Below are positions 22,121 through 23,536 of a stretch of DNA of 23,536 nt, one piece after another. The DNA lies in the NCBI GenBank assembly GCA_043228905.1, contig JBHGNT010000476.1, positions 1 to 23,536 on the forward strand, given 5' to 3'. Source of the stretch: Azolla caroliniana. Its lineage: Eukaryota > Plantae > Polypodiophyta. Both the position numbers and the translations under genes were made by a program. The stretch's first letter is position 1. Each line of letters opens with the position of its first letter. Under the pieces are notes generated by a model. That model did not search any database. It was not told where the DNA came from and saw only the letters and a list, made by a program, of their open reading frames with translations.

Positions 22121-22285
22121 GCAACAGAAAGACTCAAACTTCCCATAGCCCAAGCAGAACCTACGAAAGATCTGACCACGTTCCAGAATCTCAGACATAC
22201 GTCTCAGCAGGTTTCTGAGCAACTGTTGCCGGATTTCTACTGCGAACATATCACGTTGGCCATGAACCGAGAAAGGCGAAAGCAG
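22121..22285 (+). CDS. Nost: Nostrin exon 7
   Basis: TTTTTTTAAG|, ATERLKLPIAQAEPTKDL...SEQLLPDFYCEHITLAMNRERRKQ, |GTATG; 55 codons. Confidence 0.9.
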
Positions 22286-22423
22286 GTATGAAAAAATGAT
22301 GTAATAAATAATATACAGGGTGATTGGGGGTCCATTGGATATAGTTAAGAAAATTTTCTTGTCACCTCCAAAACATATTTTTTTAAATTGCGATGTTGTC
22401 AAGTATGGGTTTGATTTTTTCAG

Positions 22424-22576
22424 GCTCTTATAAAACTGCTCCATTTAATAAGACAGGATATAGAAAGGGAGAGAAAATCAAAGAACGGCTTGGAAAACTT
22501 ATCCAAAGCTATTAAACAAACTCCGAATTTTGGAACTGAAGATTCTCAACAAAGTGTTGTCGAAAAACTGTACCAC
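22424..22576 (+). CDS. Nost: Nostrin exon 8 (HR1-like coiled coil)
   Basis: TTTTTTCAG|, ALIKLLHLIRQDIERERKSKNGLENLSKAIKQTPNFGTEDSQQSVVEKLYH, |GTAAGT. Confidence 0.9.
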
Positions 22577-22710
22577 GTAAGTAAATTTTTGTTATATTTT
22601 TTTTACGTTTATTCGAGTCTTATTATTTATATTTAGCGGGTAAAGAATGACTAAAACTATTGTTATATAAGTAACGACCTAATTTATTTATTTATTTTTT
22701 AATCATCAAG

Positions 22711-22863
22711 ATGAAGTCCATGTTGACTTATCTAGAAGGTGCCAGATACAAAGTCCAAAGCGCTTTGGCAGAGCTGGATAGTAGACCCAGAGCTGGCCAC
22801 CCTTTGGCACCCCATATTACTGTCACCAGGGATAAATCGGGGTTGCAACAAAGTATACTTAAG
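22711..22863 (+). CDS. Nost: Nostrin exon 9 (end of HR1)
   Basis: AG at 22709-22710, MKSMLTYLEGARYKVQSALAELDSRPRAGHPLAPHITVTRDKSGLQQSILK, |GTAGGT. Confidence 0.9.
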
Positions 22864-22925
22864 GTAGGTGAAATTATTATTTTTAAACGAATTTTTAATA
22901 CTTTTGTTTGACGCACTTACACTTT

Positions 22926-23295
22926 GGGGCCATTCACAAATTATGTAACATGTTTTGGGGGAGGGAGGGTATCGGCGAAATATTATAGTTTCTCACAGAA
23001 GAATAAACACTTATTGAGATGAAACTTACTGTTACATATTTTGATTCAAAGGAACTCAAGAAAAGGAAAAAGTCCACAACCACCAAGCATGCAGGATTCA
23101 ATCAGCTAAACAGATTACTTAAAATTGGTAGAAGTTGTGCAGTAATTTCTAGTATACAGCCAATTTTAACAACTCTGAGCTCAACTAAAAATTCTTTTAG
23201 TTCTGCCTTATCAAAAATGGTACAGGTCACTACAGGGTGAGGGAGGGTGCTCATATTAGCCCGCGAAACCTCTTACGTAATTTATAAACGTCCCC
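22926..23295. mobile_element. Old PIF/Harbinger-like MITE filling most of Nostrin intron 9
   Basis: Imperfect TIRs GGGGCCATTCACAAATTATGTAA and TTACGTAATTTATAAACGTCCCC. The flanks (TTT, TCA) no longer form a clean TWA TSD. Confidence 0.55.
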
Positions 23296-23355
23296 TCAGT
23301 TTAAAATTGCTTTAGAAATACCATCCGATTACCACGTCTTCTACGTTTTCTACAG

Positions 23356-23536
23356 GTTCCCCAATGGTTGCGGGAAGAATTCTTCGAAACCGACCGGAGT
23401 CCGTTGAGCGAAAAATCCCTCAAATCCGATAAATCCGACAATTCGGATCCTCACGTGAACGAAGTAGACGATCACGTGATTAGCGATTGGAACGACCATC
23501 GAGGCGCCGCCGACGGTAATTCGAACCAACCCGATT
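23356..23536 (+). CDS. Nost: Nostrin exon 10 (partial, runs off the window; SH3 exons expected downstream)
   Basis: TTTTCTACAG|, VPQWLREEFFETDRSP...DWNDHRGAADGNSNQPD, open to the window end. Confidence 0.85.

Noticed and set aside
22314-22400. TACAGGGTG mariner-like terminus in intron 7 (also at 23231)
   Set aside because: No matching inverted end or TA duplication found; too short to support a call.

Overview
AT-rich eukaryotic genomic DNA, most likely insect (inference from the protein and transposon content); nothing here is prokaryotic. The backbone is a + strand multi-exon gene for the F-BAR/HR1 protein Nostrin. I traced 10 coding exons from 5295 to the window end, with GT-AG introns and consistent reading phase, and the first exon encodes an unusually long (~504 aa) Tyr-motif-rich N-terminus. 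The introns and upstream region hold a 5'-truncated CR1/L2-type LINE (2951-4057), a decayed Chapaev3-type DNA transposon with TTA TSD (13880-16339), RTE 3' remnants, a Harbinger-like MITE and six local tandem-repeat arrays. They also hold a Penelope-like retroelement (RT + GIY-YIG, 17625-19650) with inverted pseudo-LTRs and a ~12-bp TSD. The most notable non-coding signals are two minimal type I hammerhead ribozymes in the Penelope pLTRs, one of them sense to the Nostrin pre-mRNA; a third, unrelated degenerate hammerhead in a small inverted-repeat element at 11758-11932; and a 125-bp tandem array with a CTCF-like motif in each unit. These belong to known classes; I found no evidence of a wholly new system. 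All calls were made by eye, without database searches.
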